NCBI GenBank assembly: GCA_951406725.2
Contig: OX597830.1
Coordinates: 18,352,001 to 18,416,000, forward strand
Origin: Octopus vulgaris
Taxonomy: Eukaryota
Reading direction: 5' to 3'
Length of the DNA: 64,000 bases
Part shown: one piece after another, positions 1 through 12,513 of the stretch
Layout: the number at the start of each line of letters is the position of its first letter
Position numbering within the stretch: position 1 is the stretch's first letter
Program-made: the position numbers and the translations under genes
The notes under the pieces: generated by a model
The model's database searches: none
The model's input: only the letters and a program-made list of their open reading frames with translations
Told to the model about the DNA's origin: nothing

Positions 1-2052
1 TAAAGGTGACTCCGAACTAAGAATTCCCGTTGGCACTGATTTTTCTGACCATGACTTTTGTGTTTATTCTACCCAGGTACTGAAGCACCATCCTGTTGGA
101 AGGCCTCTAGCACAGGAGTTCTGTTTGCCTTCTTCATCTTAAATAATAAGCATATGTTCCATATGCTCTGACCCTGCTGAGAGAGAAAACATCCTGTCAA
201 ACATTAGCCGGGCCTTCCTTAAACTCTTTCAAAAGCATGTAGAAACCTTCGTATTTTGAAAAACAATGACGTGTCATTTCCTCCTGGCCATTTCTTGAGT
301 AAATTCCTCAGGTAGAAAGGCAGTCTTTTATGACAGCTCTTTCACACTTCTTCTTATGCTTCAGTTGATCCCTATTTAGTGTTTCTTTTTGGCTTACAAC
401 ACTGGTAAAAGATGATTTACTGTTGATGCTGTTGCTAATGATGATACTTTGTTATTGTTATTTAAATTTTGTGTTGCTGCTTTTTCTTTTGTGTTTTTGA
501 AATTTTAGCTGTTTGTACTACAGCTGTTTGTCTAGTTGTCATTTTTCTCTGTTTTTAAAACAGTCTATGTGTTTTCAAAAATTTAGGAGAGATGGGTGCA
601 TACCAGAGCTGCTGACAGATGTAGGCATATTGAACCACTAATAAGTAAAGCAAAATAAAAGATTACATAAAAACATGTATACAATAAAATTCTAAATAGC
701 AAGGCTTTTTACCTCTCCAGAAAAGCCGCAAAGTAAGTTGACATCAGGAAGATTTGAACTCAAAATATAAAGAGTTGGACTAAATACTTCAAGGCTTTTC
801 TTCTAATGTTCAAACAATTATGTCAGAACTTGATTATAATAACTGGTGTGCCAGTGAAAACAATAAGCTGCAAGGTTACAAATTTGTACGAGAGTGGTTA
901 TAATGGGTCATTGAATTAACTCCTAGAAGATGATTGCTGATTCTTTTATTAACTCTGGCAGGTTGAAGGACCAAGTCATTTCTATCAAGATTTTCTTTCA
1001 CTCGGTTAGTTAGTGAGAAAAGAACACCACCCATGACCTTTTTCACAACCTCTGAAGCTGGTGGAATGAAGGGAGGAATTTTTCTTTTGATCAGAGACCT
1101 GGCCCTAATATCTGTCACAGAGTTGACCCTGTTAGGTGCATCTAAGATAGGTAGGAGATGTTGTGGTACAGCCATTTTGATGCTGACTTATTTGACATCA
1201 GACATTTTAATGTTTTTCTCTGTTTATGCATATGAGTATATTACTCTTTACGTATATGGGAGGCGAAAGCATTTATGTTGATCATGGTCTCTCTCTCTCT
1301 GTGTACGAGCATCTAGTCATGTTTGTAGGTATTATGTCAGTCTTTCTCTCTCATGCACTTTCTTTATCTGTATGTGTATATTTCTATGTGCTCATGTACA
1401 TGTGTGTGTGTGTGCCTCCAGTGCCAAAAAGTACTGTTGCATAAACAAGCTGAATGCACAGTTAGCTGGGACAAATCACCAGTATCCAAACAGCCACACC
1501 CATTCATCTCATTGTGGCCCAAGGGCAAAGTGGTGTTAAACTAAGCAATAGATTAAGTCTAGAACTCAAAACCCAGAATAGCTCCCTCCACTCTGACAGG
1601 CTTCCACACAATTTTTATCAACCACAGAATTTCCTTCACGATGCTTTAGTTCAACAAAAGGCTGTGGTAGAAAATACCTGCCCACGATGTTGCACTGTGG
1701 GACAAAACTCCACAAAAGACCATATAATTGCAGAGCAAACTTCTTAAAAATGTAGGGGGACAAAGCAAAGTACTGTGAGATATTTACTTGGTCCAGCAGT
1801 TTTCCATTCCTGACACTCGACTTAATTGTAATAATAATCTTGTATTTACTTTGCCATAAGGGTAATATAAAAGGCAAAAACATTAGGATACAGTAACATC
1901 TATAAACATTCCAGAGGTGTATATATACACACACTCAGAAACCACCAAAATACAATGTATATTATATATATGTTCATGTGTGCATATGCATATATGTGTG
2001 TGTGTGTGTGTGTGTTCGTCTATGTATGTATGTATGTGTATATATATATATA

Positions 2053-2690
2053 TAATAATAATAATAAAAATGATAATAAAAGGATAAAATTAATTAATTC
2101 ATTAATTAATAATTAATAATTTTACCAAGTAGTTTGGTATGTTAAAATAACCTTTTTAGGTAAAATTATACAGATATTCTATAATTATAATCAGAGGTCA
2201 GCTAATAGCTTCACCATGCACCGAATTTAGAAATAGGAGTTAAAATGCCTTTTCTACTACCATAGAGTTCTCCCAGACAGTAACACACTTTTTTACATCA
2301 TTTTACGTAGGCAAAAAGAAAAAAATAATGAATCTACATCACTCAGATTAGCTACATACGCGTTTCGAGATTAAAGTAAAGTAATATTTACTTACTTATT
2401 TCTCATCTTCAGTGCAGCATTTCAAGATATAAATTTGAGAGCATTAGAATTAAATATGTACGTGATCAAGCATCACCGCATTACAGATATTCAACCAACA
2501 CTTTCAAATATATACAGCCGAATGGGAGCACATATTTATCCTCAATACCCACGTGTGTGTTACGAGTAATACCGCAGAAACTGCAGTTTTCGATGAAGAA
2601 ATAAATTATATTTCAAAAAAGGCATTTTAACTCCTATTTCTAAATTCGGTGCGTGTTGAAGCAATTAGCTGACCCCTGATTATAATTATA
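2053..2690 (-). mobile_element. Non-coding Penelope-like (PLE/retrozyme-type) element in (TA)n, with 74-bp inverted arms and an internal hammerhead
   Basis: Arms 2180-2253 and 2617-2690 are reverse complements (~4 mismatches). A unique tail runs 2080-2179, a hammerhead motif lies on the minus strand, and TA runs flank both sides. Inverted LTR piece plus tail plus minimal hammerhead is the known architecture of truncated PLEs. Confidence 0.65.
2351..2418 (-). ncRNA. Type I hammerhead ribozyme (minimal, palindromic stem III)
   Basis: Minus strand reads GCUGCA-CUGAAGA-U-GAGA...UCUC-GAAA-CGCG-UA-UGUAGC. Stem I GCUGCA/UGUAGC, intact CUGANGA and GAAA core, extended stem II, ACGCGU palindrome, GUA cleavage triplet. 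Confidence 0.85.
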
Positions 2691-2696
2691 TATATG

Positions 2697-2956
2697 ATGC
2701 CAGCGCTGCCTTGACTGGCTTCTGTGCCGGTGGCATGTAAAAAGCACCAACCGATCATGGCTGCTGCCAGACTCCCCGGGCACCTGTGTCGGTGGCACAT
2801 AAAAAGCACCCACTACACTCACAGAGTGGTTGGCATTAGGAAGGGTATCCAGCTGTAGAAACACTGCCAGATCAGACTGGAGCCTGGTGCAGCTTCCTAG
2901 CTTCCTAGACCCTGGTTGAACTGTCCAACCCGTGCTAGCATGGAAAATGGACGTTA
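2697..2956 (+). mobile_element. RTE LINE 3'UTR fragment (family C)
   Basis: Matches the UTR that follows the RTE ORF remnant at 13668-14147 (aaaaagcacc...ggcattaggaagggtatccagc...catggaaa..ggacgtta). Confidence 0.7.
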
Positions 2957-2972
2957 TAATTATATATATATT

Positions 2973-3155
2973 TTGGGTCATCCCATAAATAATGCATTTT
3001 TTTAATACTTCTTTTATTTTTCAAAATTAAGATGAAAAAGGTCTTTTTTAATCTAAAATATACTCTCATTTTCTACAATGCTTATCCATCCATCTGGTAG
3101 ACTCACAGGGTCCCTCTTCCAAAATTCACTTGTTCGTGACAAAAAATACTTGAAT
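2973..3155 (-). pseudogene. Mariner transposase C-terminal relic with one terminus
   Basis: Minus frame KYFLSRTSEFWKRDPVSLPDGWISIVENE..YILD resembles the mariner C-terminus (FFxSKxxEFYxRGIxxLPxRWxxVVxxxGxY). The terminus ttgggtcatcccataaat lies next to a TA run. Confidence 0.65.
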
Positions 3156-4017
3156 GGATTGGATCAGTTGCACCCTGTACATTCTACCTTCATCCTCCTC
3201 TCCTATACTGCCTCCCACCACCCGTTTTCACTCTATCATTGTATTCTTGCGCCTTCTCTCCCCCACATCCTATATCTCTGTCATTGTTCCATCACTTGAG
3301 TCAGTTTATCTTCTGTTCTCACCCTGCACTGAATACATATCTCAGAATATTGAATACCCCATCACTCATCCCTCTACCACACATCCCTCTTCTCACTATC
3401 TTTCATTCTTGCCTCCCTCCCTGTAAAAACGCTGGCAAGCAGAGACCAAGTGCTGTAAGATCACCTTAGTCACACTGAAGGCATGATTTAGGTTATGTTC
3501 TCAACATGAAAAGTTCACCCAATACTTAGGGTAACCTGTAAGGGGATGAAGACCTTCCATTATGTTGGTGCTGTGGAAAAAGCCCCTAACACATTCTGTA
3601 AAGTGGTTTATGTTAGGAAGGGCATTCAACCATAAACCAATCTAAAAATGAATCATGTGGAAGATGCAGTCCTTCCAAGCCATCTAGGCGAACAGCATTG
3701 CCTGGATTTGTGGATCACTTGCTATTGGTCTCCAAAGTTAAGCATAGGTTCATAAAAGTTGAATCTGTCAGCCAGCCTTCCTCAACTCCAGTGGATTCCC
3801 AATGACATATTTATCCATTGGTTTTAACAAAACAACAGTAGGAAGAATATAGAATAGGATAGAAGAGTACAGGTTTTTTTTTCCTGTTTGAGGATTTAAT
3901 TATATGCTCGGGAAACTCTTGCTAAAATATATAAATATTAAAAATGAGTTGTGTGTGTGTATATTAATTCATACATTTGTTTTTATGCCCGTTTTTCCAT
4001 GGTGGTGAGGGTTAAAC

Positions 4018-4232
4018 CATTGTTTCTCAACCATCTTTTATTTATGGATCCCTTAGACTCCTATTTTGTTTAAATGGACTCTCCTACCCTTTCAGTGTTT
4101 AAAAAATCATATATTTTCATAGTTAAATATTACTAGTAATTGTATAAAAATTTGTGTATTGTAGAAGCGTAAGCAATTAATTGGACATAAATTTTAACAA
4201 AATTTTATATGGATCCCAGTTGAGAACCACTG
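4018..4232. mobile_element. hAT-type MITE
   Basis: TIR cattgtttctcaac / gttgagaaccactg; 8-bp TSD ggttaaac / ggttagac. Related copies at ~26621-27230 and ~35235-35395. Confidence 0.75.
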
Positions 4233-4806
4233 GGTTAGACAGACATTGAGGCATTGTTTTAGAGCCAGGACCCTTCCTGTCACAAACTTCACCTATACAC
4301 ACACACACACACACATACATAAAGATTTCCTTTCAAACATTTTAGATTGAAAATACTCTCTTCTTCTTATACAGCATTCACCCGGGATGGGTTGAGCTGG
4401 CTTCATTCATCCTCAATGCTGCATCTCTCACAAACGCTTACCAGGCCTGGCGATTGAAAATACCTTTTGCAGCAGGAGTTTTAATATCTCCTTAGCGGCC
4501 CTTTTGATTTAGTTTGAAGCAATAACACTTCAAAGTTCAGTTACATTTCAAGATTCACCCTCTTTCGTTATCAGAATGAAATGATGACAGTGGTACATTG
4601 CTGATGTGTTTTGTGGTAGGCAGCAAAGGCTCATGAGAATGATGTCACAGCTGATAAAATTGTCATCACCAGTTTTAAAATTATTTAACAGTTTAACTCC
4701 TGCTTTCTGTAATGGCTGATTTTTTTTGCATGTTGTATGTGTGTGTTGATTGCTGGTTTGTATATTTAGTTATATTGCCATTAACAAGGATAAAACTTAA
4801 ACATAG

Positions 4807-4841
<35 letters not shown>

Positions 4842-5080
4842 GTTTAGCGTCCGCTTTCCATGCTGGCATGGGTTGGACGGTTCAACTGGGGTCTGCGAAG
4901 CCAGAAGGCTGCACCAGGCCCAGTCTGATCTGGCAATGTTTCTACGGCTGGATGCCCTTCCTAACACCAACCACTCCATGAGTGTAGTGGGTGCTTTTTA
5001 CGTGCCACCGGCACAGGTGCCAGACGAGGATGGCAAACGGCCATGGTCGGATGGTGCTCTCATTACATGCCACCGGCACG
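4807..5080 (-). mobile_element. RTE LINE 3'UTR fragment (family C) with (GAT)n tail
   Basis: (cat)n followed by cgtttagcgtccgctttccatgctggcatgggttggacgg...ggatgcccttcctaacaccaacc, the reverse complement of the family C tail. Confidence 0.75.
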
Positions 5081-5271
5081 GTGTTCAATATAAATTTATA
5101 CACACCTTACATCTCTGGCTGTAACACACACCAGTTATAAACAGGACTATGTTGTATTATACGATATTTCCCTGTGGAGTGAAAAACACTATCAATCAAT
5201 CAATCAATCAATCAATCAATTTAAATGCTGGAATGTTCTTCTTTGTCTTCCTTGAGAAAATTCGTAATAAA

Positions 5272-6075
5272 GGTGCAAGCATGGCCGTGTGGCAAGAAGT
5301 TTGCTTCCCAACCACATGATTTCAGGTTCAGTCCTACTGCATGGCACCTTAGGCATGCATCTTCTACTATAACCCTGGGTTGACCAAAGCCTTGCGAGTA
5401 GATTTGGTAGAGGGATACTGAAAGAAGCCTGTTATGTGTGTGTCCAAGTCCACCACCTGACAACTGGCATTGGTGTGTATGTCACTATAACATTAACGGT
5501 TCAGTAATAGAGACCAATAGGATAAGTACTACATTTAAGAAATAAAAAGGTACTGGTGTTGATCCATCCAACTAAAATTTCTGCAAGGCAGTGCCCCGGC
5601 ATGGCCACAGTTGGATCTTTTCGGTTTGAACGGCAGTTTTTAACATAATTTCCATGTAACTAAACACTTTTAAACTTCGTATACTGGTAGAATGTGTTTA
5701 TAAAACATTTTTTTCTCTTGGCTTTATTGAGAAAATTCTATGGTTTGTTAAGATATTTGTTATTTTTTTTTTCTTCAATTTCTGCAATTTCAACCAATCA
5801 ACGACGTCTATTGAGGTGAAAAACATTCTGTGCCGTATGAATATGTCACTCGTTTAAGAAACAAATTGGGTTTATTTACATTTGTGAAGAAAAAAAGATA
5901 CCCTTCCCCCCACCCCTAACCCTAACCCTAAAACAGATTGAAATGCAATAGATTGATACTAGGGTCATAATTATGGGTGACAATTTCATATGACACCGCT
6001 AGAAAAAACTGCCGTTCAAACCGAAAAGATCCCCACGGTCTAATAATTGAAACAAGTAAAAAATAAGATAAAAGA
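5272..6075 (+). mobile_element. Family A tRNA-derived CORE-like SINE, interrupted by a MITE
   Basis: A-box tggccgtgtgg, B-box ggttcagtcc and family A body. The tail resumes at 6033 (ccacggtctaataattgaaacaagtaaa). Confidence 0.75.
5613..6032. mobile_element. MITE with ~29-bp perfect TIRs (Merlin-like: GG termini, ~8-bp TSD)
   Basis: ggatcttttcggtttgaacggcagttttt ... aaaaactgccgttcaaaccgaaaagatcc, flanked by ccacagtt / ccacggtc, with internal (ccctaa)3. The superfamily call is an inference. Confidence 0.8.
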
Positions 6076-6478
6076 TTTTTAAGACATTCCTTTTCATTAC
6101 AATGGTGTTTTCAATTAAGTATTATTTTTCTCTCCCTCCAATAAGTATGTTAGTTCACACTGGACTATATTTATCTTTCTATTTAGCTATTAATCCATCT
6201 ATTGATATCTATTTTTAATCTACTGTCTAAAGCTATCTTTATTTAGCTAACAGTCTCACTGGCATCAGATCTCGCTCAATCTGTCTGTCAATACAGTTGC
6301 ACCACTGTATTGAGTGTGTGTGTATGTAAGCCACCACCGAGGAAAAGGAACCATGGACGACCTGTTATGAATGCTGACTTAATGAGCTCAAACACTGAAG
6401 TGGCATAAAGAGGCTCTCTGTACTTACTGTCTAGGACAATTTGATTCAGTGACCAGGTATGCAAATGAATTCTCCCCC

Positions 6479-6651
<173 letters not shown>

Positions 6652-7047
6652 GAAGGACTACAGGCCTTGCATTACTTCTCATGCTGAAGAAACAACAAAA
6701 GGAAGAAGGAAAGGAGGGATAGAAGGAGAAGGAAGAGGAAGACACAAGGTGGAGAAAGAAAGATAAGAAGGTACAAAAGAAAAAGAGAGGCAATAGTATG
6801 CATCCAGACTCGCATTATCCAGTGAAGCCATCACCTTTTAAGGCATTTAGGTGTGATATGAGAGTGACTTGGTCATTATTTCTAGCAAGAAGAGGCTTTC
6901 TTTCTTGGTTCATGCTTATTATTGTTGTTCTTTTAGCCTTGAGTCAGTTCTTACTGAGCAGAATTATGAACAAAAGAATTCTGAACCTGACTTATTTTCG
7001 GACATAATCTATCTAGGACTACATTATCCAATGTATCTGATATATAT

Positions 7048-7280
7048 ATATTTCTTTATTGCCCACTAGGGGCTAAACACAGAGGGGACAAACAAGGACA
7101 GATAAACAGATTAAGTTGATTACATCGACTCCAGTGCATAACTGGTACTTAATTTATCGACCCCTGAAAGGATGAAAGGTAAAGTTGACCTCGGCGGAAT
7201 TTGAACTCAGAACATAATGCCAGATGAAATACAGCTACGCATTTCACCCGATGAGCTAACGTTTCTGCCAGCTCGCCGCC
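7048..7280 (-). mobile_element. Family B Nin/Deu-domain SINE
   Basis: Reverse complement of ggcggcgagctggcagaaacgttagc...gaggtcaactttacctttcatcctttcaggggtcgataaattaagtaccag...aaagaaata. The middle resembles the Deu/Nin domain. Confidence 0.8.
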
Positions 7281-7299
7281 TTCAGCTGTAAATACCATT

Positions 7300-7505
7300 C
7301 CAAAACTGACCTCGCCTGTGCTGGTGCCACATAAAAAGCACTCAGTTTACTCTGTAAGGTGGTTGGTATTAGGAAGAGCATCCAGTCATAAAAACTGTGC
7401 CAAAACAGACACAGTAGCCTGGGTTAGTCTTCTATCAGACTGGCTCCTATCAAACTGTCCAATCCATGCTGTCATGGAAAGCAGACATTAAACGATGATG
7501 ATGAT
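7300..7505 (+). mobile_element. RTE LINE 3'UTR fragment (family C)
   Basis: ggtattaggaagagcatccag...catggaaagcagacattaaacgatgatgatgat. Confidence 0.7.
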
Positions 7506-7674
7506 ATAGATATGTATAAGAGTAACAAAATATATGAATTCAAATAATCATACAACTTTCACGGTAAGCTCCCCAACTGGAATCAACTAGCAGTTTACAT
7601 AATAATGAAGTACCATGTAACTGAAAATCCAGGAATCTGAAAAATGCATACACATATACAGCCCTTTATGTTAA

Positions 7675-8009
7675 CCCTTTTGTAACCATATTTCTGTTGA
7701 GATGCTCTGAGTTTCTTTCAATTAATTTTAAATATAACAAAGAATTTAGTAAAATAACTTAGTTATTATTATGCTTGTGTTAGGAACATAAATTGTGACT
7801 AAAGTTTGGTGGAAGATTTCAATTATTCCATCAATTAATTTTAAATGTAACAAAGAATTTAGTAAAATAACTTAGTTATCATTAAGCTTGTGTTAGGAAC
7901 ATAAATTGTGACTAAAGTTTGATGAAAGATTTTAATTCAGAACTTTTGAAAACAAGACATTTGTACCACAAAGCCAGAGGCGGTTTCAGCCGGGTTGGTA
8001 ACAAAAGAG
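7675..8009 (-). mobile_element. piggyBac-type MITE family P1 with internal ~110-bp tandem duplication
   Basis: TTAA|cccttttgtaacc ... ggtaacaaaagag|TTAA. Segment ~7718-7820 is repeated at ~7831-7935. Confidence 0.8.
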
Positions 8010-8360
8010 TTAAAAAAAACAAAGTGAACTTAGCCATTCTATAAATAGACACCACTAAAATATGTAACCAAACTGAAATAAATACCAGTTTCCATAGAAT
8101 CAACTAAAACCCTTAAGAGTGGTAATTCAGAATGACCCCGAACAGTCCAGTAAAAATAAAGAATTTAATTTATACTTATTTATACTTATATTAATACCTT
8201 ATATATTTGGGGCTCCTCCCAGCTCTTTATGGTTTTCAAGTTTCATTTTTGTAATGGTCCTTCTTTGCAAAGACCTCATTGCAAATAAAGATGATGATGA
8301 TGGTGTTAATAATTATTAAGGTTGTTATTATTATCATCATCGCCGTCATTATTATAATTA

Positions 8361-8420
<60 letters not shown>

Positions 8421-9322
8421 GCCATTGCTGTTGTTTATTCTGCTTAGTTGAATAAATAAAATCAGATGATAAAGTTACAGACTCCATCTATTTATCTGTT
8501 TGTTTGTTTAGTTAGTTACTTACTTATTGGAGTATGCTTGACTTTTAAACAACTCCACCACCACCACCACCACTCCACCTTTATTACTTTACAGATTTCA
8601 GTCATCATCATTATCATCAAGCCCCCACCACCACCACCATCATCATCACAATCACCAGTCATACTAAAAGAAAAACTCACCGCTAAAAAAAAAAAATCCC
8701 ATCACCATCCAGTCACCTCCCAAAAGCCGAGAAAGAAAAACATTAGGCTTTGGTGCCACTTTAGAATTAATAAACAGAGACATATTTCATAAGATCTGGA
8801 ACCACATATACTCACGTACCTAAGCACACACACACACACACACACACAGAGACACACACACACACACACACATACAGATAAATACAGACAGACAGATTGA
8901 CAAAATGCTTAGTGGCATTTCTTCTTACTCTTTTAATTCTGAGTTCAGATTCTGCCCTATGTTGACTTTGCCTTTTGTTCTTCAAGGATCGATAAAATAA
9001 AGTACCAGCTGAGCACTGGGATCAATGTAATTGACTGCCCAACTCCCCTAAAAATTGCTGGCCTTGTACCAAAATTTGAAACTTTATGAAACAAAGAGTA
9101 CTCAATACATTGTATCAAATAGTTATCCATCATCATCATTACCACCAGCACCACCACTTCATTCTTCAGGACTGAAGAAATGGTACATAAAACCTTCAAC
9201 TCTGACTCTGCTGTTTACAAATAGACTAATAGATTTCTTATATTGACTGAAAGTACACAGCATGGTCAAATACTAGGCTATGTTTTAACATCCTTAAAAC
9301 AACAAATGATAATCTTGAAAGT

Positions 9323-9885
9323 AACGAGCCCTCAGAGAGCACAAACACCCACCAAGGCAACACCAACATCCTCTCAATGATTAGCTGGAGATGATTTTTA
9401 AAATGAGAATATCTGAAATAAACTCAACTGCTCTCACAAACGGGAATACTAAAAATGAACCTGACCCCTCTTGAAAATTAAGTAGAAAAACAAAAACCGG
9501 AAAAATAATTCAGAATTCTTGTCTGGTACCTGATTGATCCCATTGGTAGTCATGGAAAGTGAAGGTGGCTGTGAAAAATTTAGTAACAGTAATAAATTAG
9601 TAATAGAGAGACGAAAGTAAAACTTTGGAAACAGCCTAAAGGCGGATAATTGGGAAAGACTTGAAAATGAACCTAAAATCGTAATCACAAAGAATCCAGA
9701 ATCCTTGTCCAGTATTGGATCGATCCCAAAATCTAATTAGTTTGTGCCAGTCATGAGGCCAGACATCCCTGAAAGTTTTATCTGAATCTGTCCAGTGGTT
9801 CTTGAGATATCTTGTCCATGGATAAACAAACAAACAAACACAACTGAAAACAATACCTCTGCCTTCGCTAAGGTGGAGGTAATAA
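9323..9885. mobile_element. Helentron-associated (HINE-like) non-autonomous element
   Basis: Sub-terminal inverted motif (acccaccaagg / aaggtggaggt), terminal hairpin tacctctgccttcgctaaggtggaggta and (aaac)n. A second copy lies at 38688-39060. This copy has an extra internal segment ~9540-9690. Confidence 0.6.
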
Positions 9886-9965
9886 ACACAGACATATATG
9901 TAATCCTTTCTTGTTGAGATTAAAGTACTACTGGAATAAAACTGAAGTGAATTTAATAGGAAATA

Positions 9966-10345
9966 GTGCAGGAGTGGCTGTGTGGTAAGTAGCTTGCTTA
10001 CCAACCACATGGTTCCAGGTTCAGTCCCACCGTGGCATCTTGGGCAAGTGTCTTCTACTATAGCCTCAGGCCGACCAAAGCCTGTGAGTGGATTTGGTAG
10101 ATGAAAACTGAAAGAAGCCTGTCGTATGTGTATATATATATGTGTGTGTTTGTGTGTCTGTGTTTGTCCCCCAACATCGCTTGTCAACTGATTCTGGTGT
10201 GTTTACGTCCCCGTAACTTAGTGGTTCAGCAAAAGAGACCGATAGAATAAGTACTAGGCTTACAAAGAATAAGTCCTGGGGTTGATTTGCTCGACTAAAG
10301 GTGGTGCTCCAGCATGGCCACAGTCAAATGACTGAAACAAGTAAA
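9966..10345 (+). mobile_element. Family A SINE, full length
   Basis: tRNA-like head ggagtggctgtgtggtaagtagc...ggttcagtccc, CORE-like cttgggcaagt, central (TA/TG)n, tail gactgaaacaagtaaaa. Confidence 0.85.
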
Positions 10346-10393
10346 AAAAGAGAGAGTAAAAAAAGATTGAAAATTGTATTCCTACACAAATTA

Positions 10394-10616
10394 TTAACTT
10401 TTTGGCATTTAAACTGACCATATTTTGCTCAAATATTCTACCTGTTTTATGCCCAAACCAGCCAGATCTGGCCTCTCACACCTACCCTACAATATCATTA
10501 CAGAAATAATCGCATCATAATCTTGAAGCTACAAGATAATGTATGATTAATTCAAAAGAATGTGAATAAATATACTTTAAATTTGGCAGAGGAATTTAAA
10601 TGCTTAAAATGTTAAA
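10394..10616 (+). mobile_element. piggyBac-type MITE family P2 (degenerate)
   Basis: Similar to 18906-19126; TTAA at both ends. Confidence 0.6.
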
Positions 10617-11936
10617 GAAACATTGTACCTATTCGGAAAGAGTTAATTCAGAAACTCAAATTATTAATTTACTGACATCTTTTTCGTATAAACAGAACTG
10701 ATTTTACCGGATTCTCATTCACAGAAGCCCTTAAATCTGATTTGATCATTTTCACTCATTATTCTGTTTACATTATATTATATTATGTATATAATATTGC
10801 CCTGGACTTACACTAAGCTTATTATGCCGTCTTATAAACTTTGCATGAAAGTAGAATTATATCACACTTGAGAAATATTTCATATACAAATACACACACA
10901 CATACACACTTATACATACATACATGGAGACATGTACATACATACGTACACTCATATATATATATATATCTATTTCAGCCATCACTGCTTAAGCCTAGCT
11001 GTAGCACCAGCTTCAGTGTTGACTACTCTATGTTATGCGCTTTGGGACTAATTTTTGTTGCTTTCTGTCTTTGACTAATACCACTAATTGGAGGATCAAT
11101 GAGTTGGTGGAGGTTGCTTTATCCTGGTTATAACATTTTCCAGATGGTTGGTCTGGGATACTGGAAAGTAGTATATCTACAAAGCGTTCATTTAGAAGTC
11201 CCAGAGGACACATTGGTTAAGTTTCTTAGCCTTTCAGAAGGCAGTTATATAATTTAAGGCTTTTAAGTGCCAAATTATTATGGTTTACATAAAGTCCCAA
11301 TGTGAGGACGTGAACAAGGAAATTTGGGGATCTGGTACAGCACCTCACATTCTTCAGATTTATTTTTTCTTCTTCATCATCATCATTTTAATGCCCACTT
11401 TTCCATTCTTGTGTGGGTCGGACAGAATTTGCTGTTGCCAACCCTTTGCCTGTTTCAATGCTAGATATATTTTTCATGAACTGGACACAATACTTGTTTA
11501 CAATCATTGTGTGTTGTCAAAACAAGGAAACACAAACACACAGACATATATAAATGTATGTGTGTATGAATATCTATCTGTCTATCCATCCATCCATCCA
11601 TCCAACTGTCTGTCTGTTTATGTATCCACACACACATATATACAATGGGTTTCTTTCAGTTTCCGTCTAACAAATTTACTCACATTGCTTTGGTTGGCCA
11701 GGAGCTGTAGTAGAAGACACCTGCTCATGGTACTATGCAGTGGAACTAAATCCAAGACCACATGGTTGGTAATCAAGCTTCTTAACCACACAGCCTCACC
11801 TGCATCTTACATCAAGATTCAGAGCAAGACCCTCAAGTATTTCCTGAAAGCTCTTGTCTCTAACAAATACTTGTCTAAGAGGAGTATAAGAGTATGAGTT
11901 CCCTTTTATATTTCTAAATATAGAAATTTTGTTTCT

Positions 11937-12355
11937 TATTTCTTTATTGCCCACAAGGGGCTACACACAGAGGAGACAAACAAGGACAGACAAAGGGATT
12001 AAGCCAATTACATCGATCCCTGTGCGTAACTGGTACTTAATTTATCAACCCTGAAAGGATGAAAGGCAAAGTCGACTTCAGTGGAATTTGAACTCAAAAT
12101 GTAGCGGCAGATGAAATACCTATTTCTTTACTACCCACAAGGGGCTAAACACAGAGAGGACAAACAAGGACAGACAAACGGATTAAGTCGATTATATCGA
12201 CCCCAGTGCGTAACTGGTACTTATTTAATCGACCCTGAAAGGATGAAAAGCCAAGTTGACCTCGGCGGAATTTGAACTCAGAACATAACGGCAGACGAAA
12301 TACCGCTAAGCATTTTGCCCAGCGTGCTAATGTTTCTGCCAACTTACTGCCTTAG
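11937..12355 (-). mobile_element. Dimeric family B SINE with a single 20-bp TSD
   Basis: Two tandem bodies and one head. TSD aatatagaaattttgtttct at 11917-11936 and 12356-12375. Confidence 0.85.
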
Positions 12356-12513
12356 AATATAGAAATTTTGTTTCTGACAAGTTTTGTAATTTGCTTATTT
12401 CATAAGCACTGGTATAGGAACAAGGATCAAATAGCTGTAAACTGTAAATTTCTGTCTTGCCATAGTAGAAGCACAACCAACAATAGAATGTATGAGAATA
12501 ATTGATTCTATCA

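Noticed and set aside
1033-1281. Plus-strand ORF with APE endonuclease-like GGIFLLIR..FSVYAY
   Set aside because: Motif spacing is off and catalytic motifs are absent; likely the antisense shadow of the 876-1175 frame.
5913-5931. Interstitial telomere (CCCTAA)3
   Set aside because: Only three units, internal to a MITE.
9636-10187. Recurrent peptides such as RRASFSFRLPNPLTRLW and MSSDVGG in many ORFs
   Set aside because: Antisense translations of the family A SINE, not a gene family.
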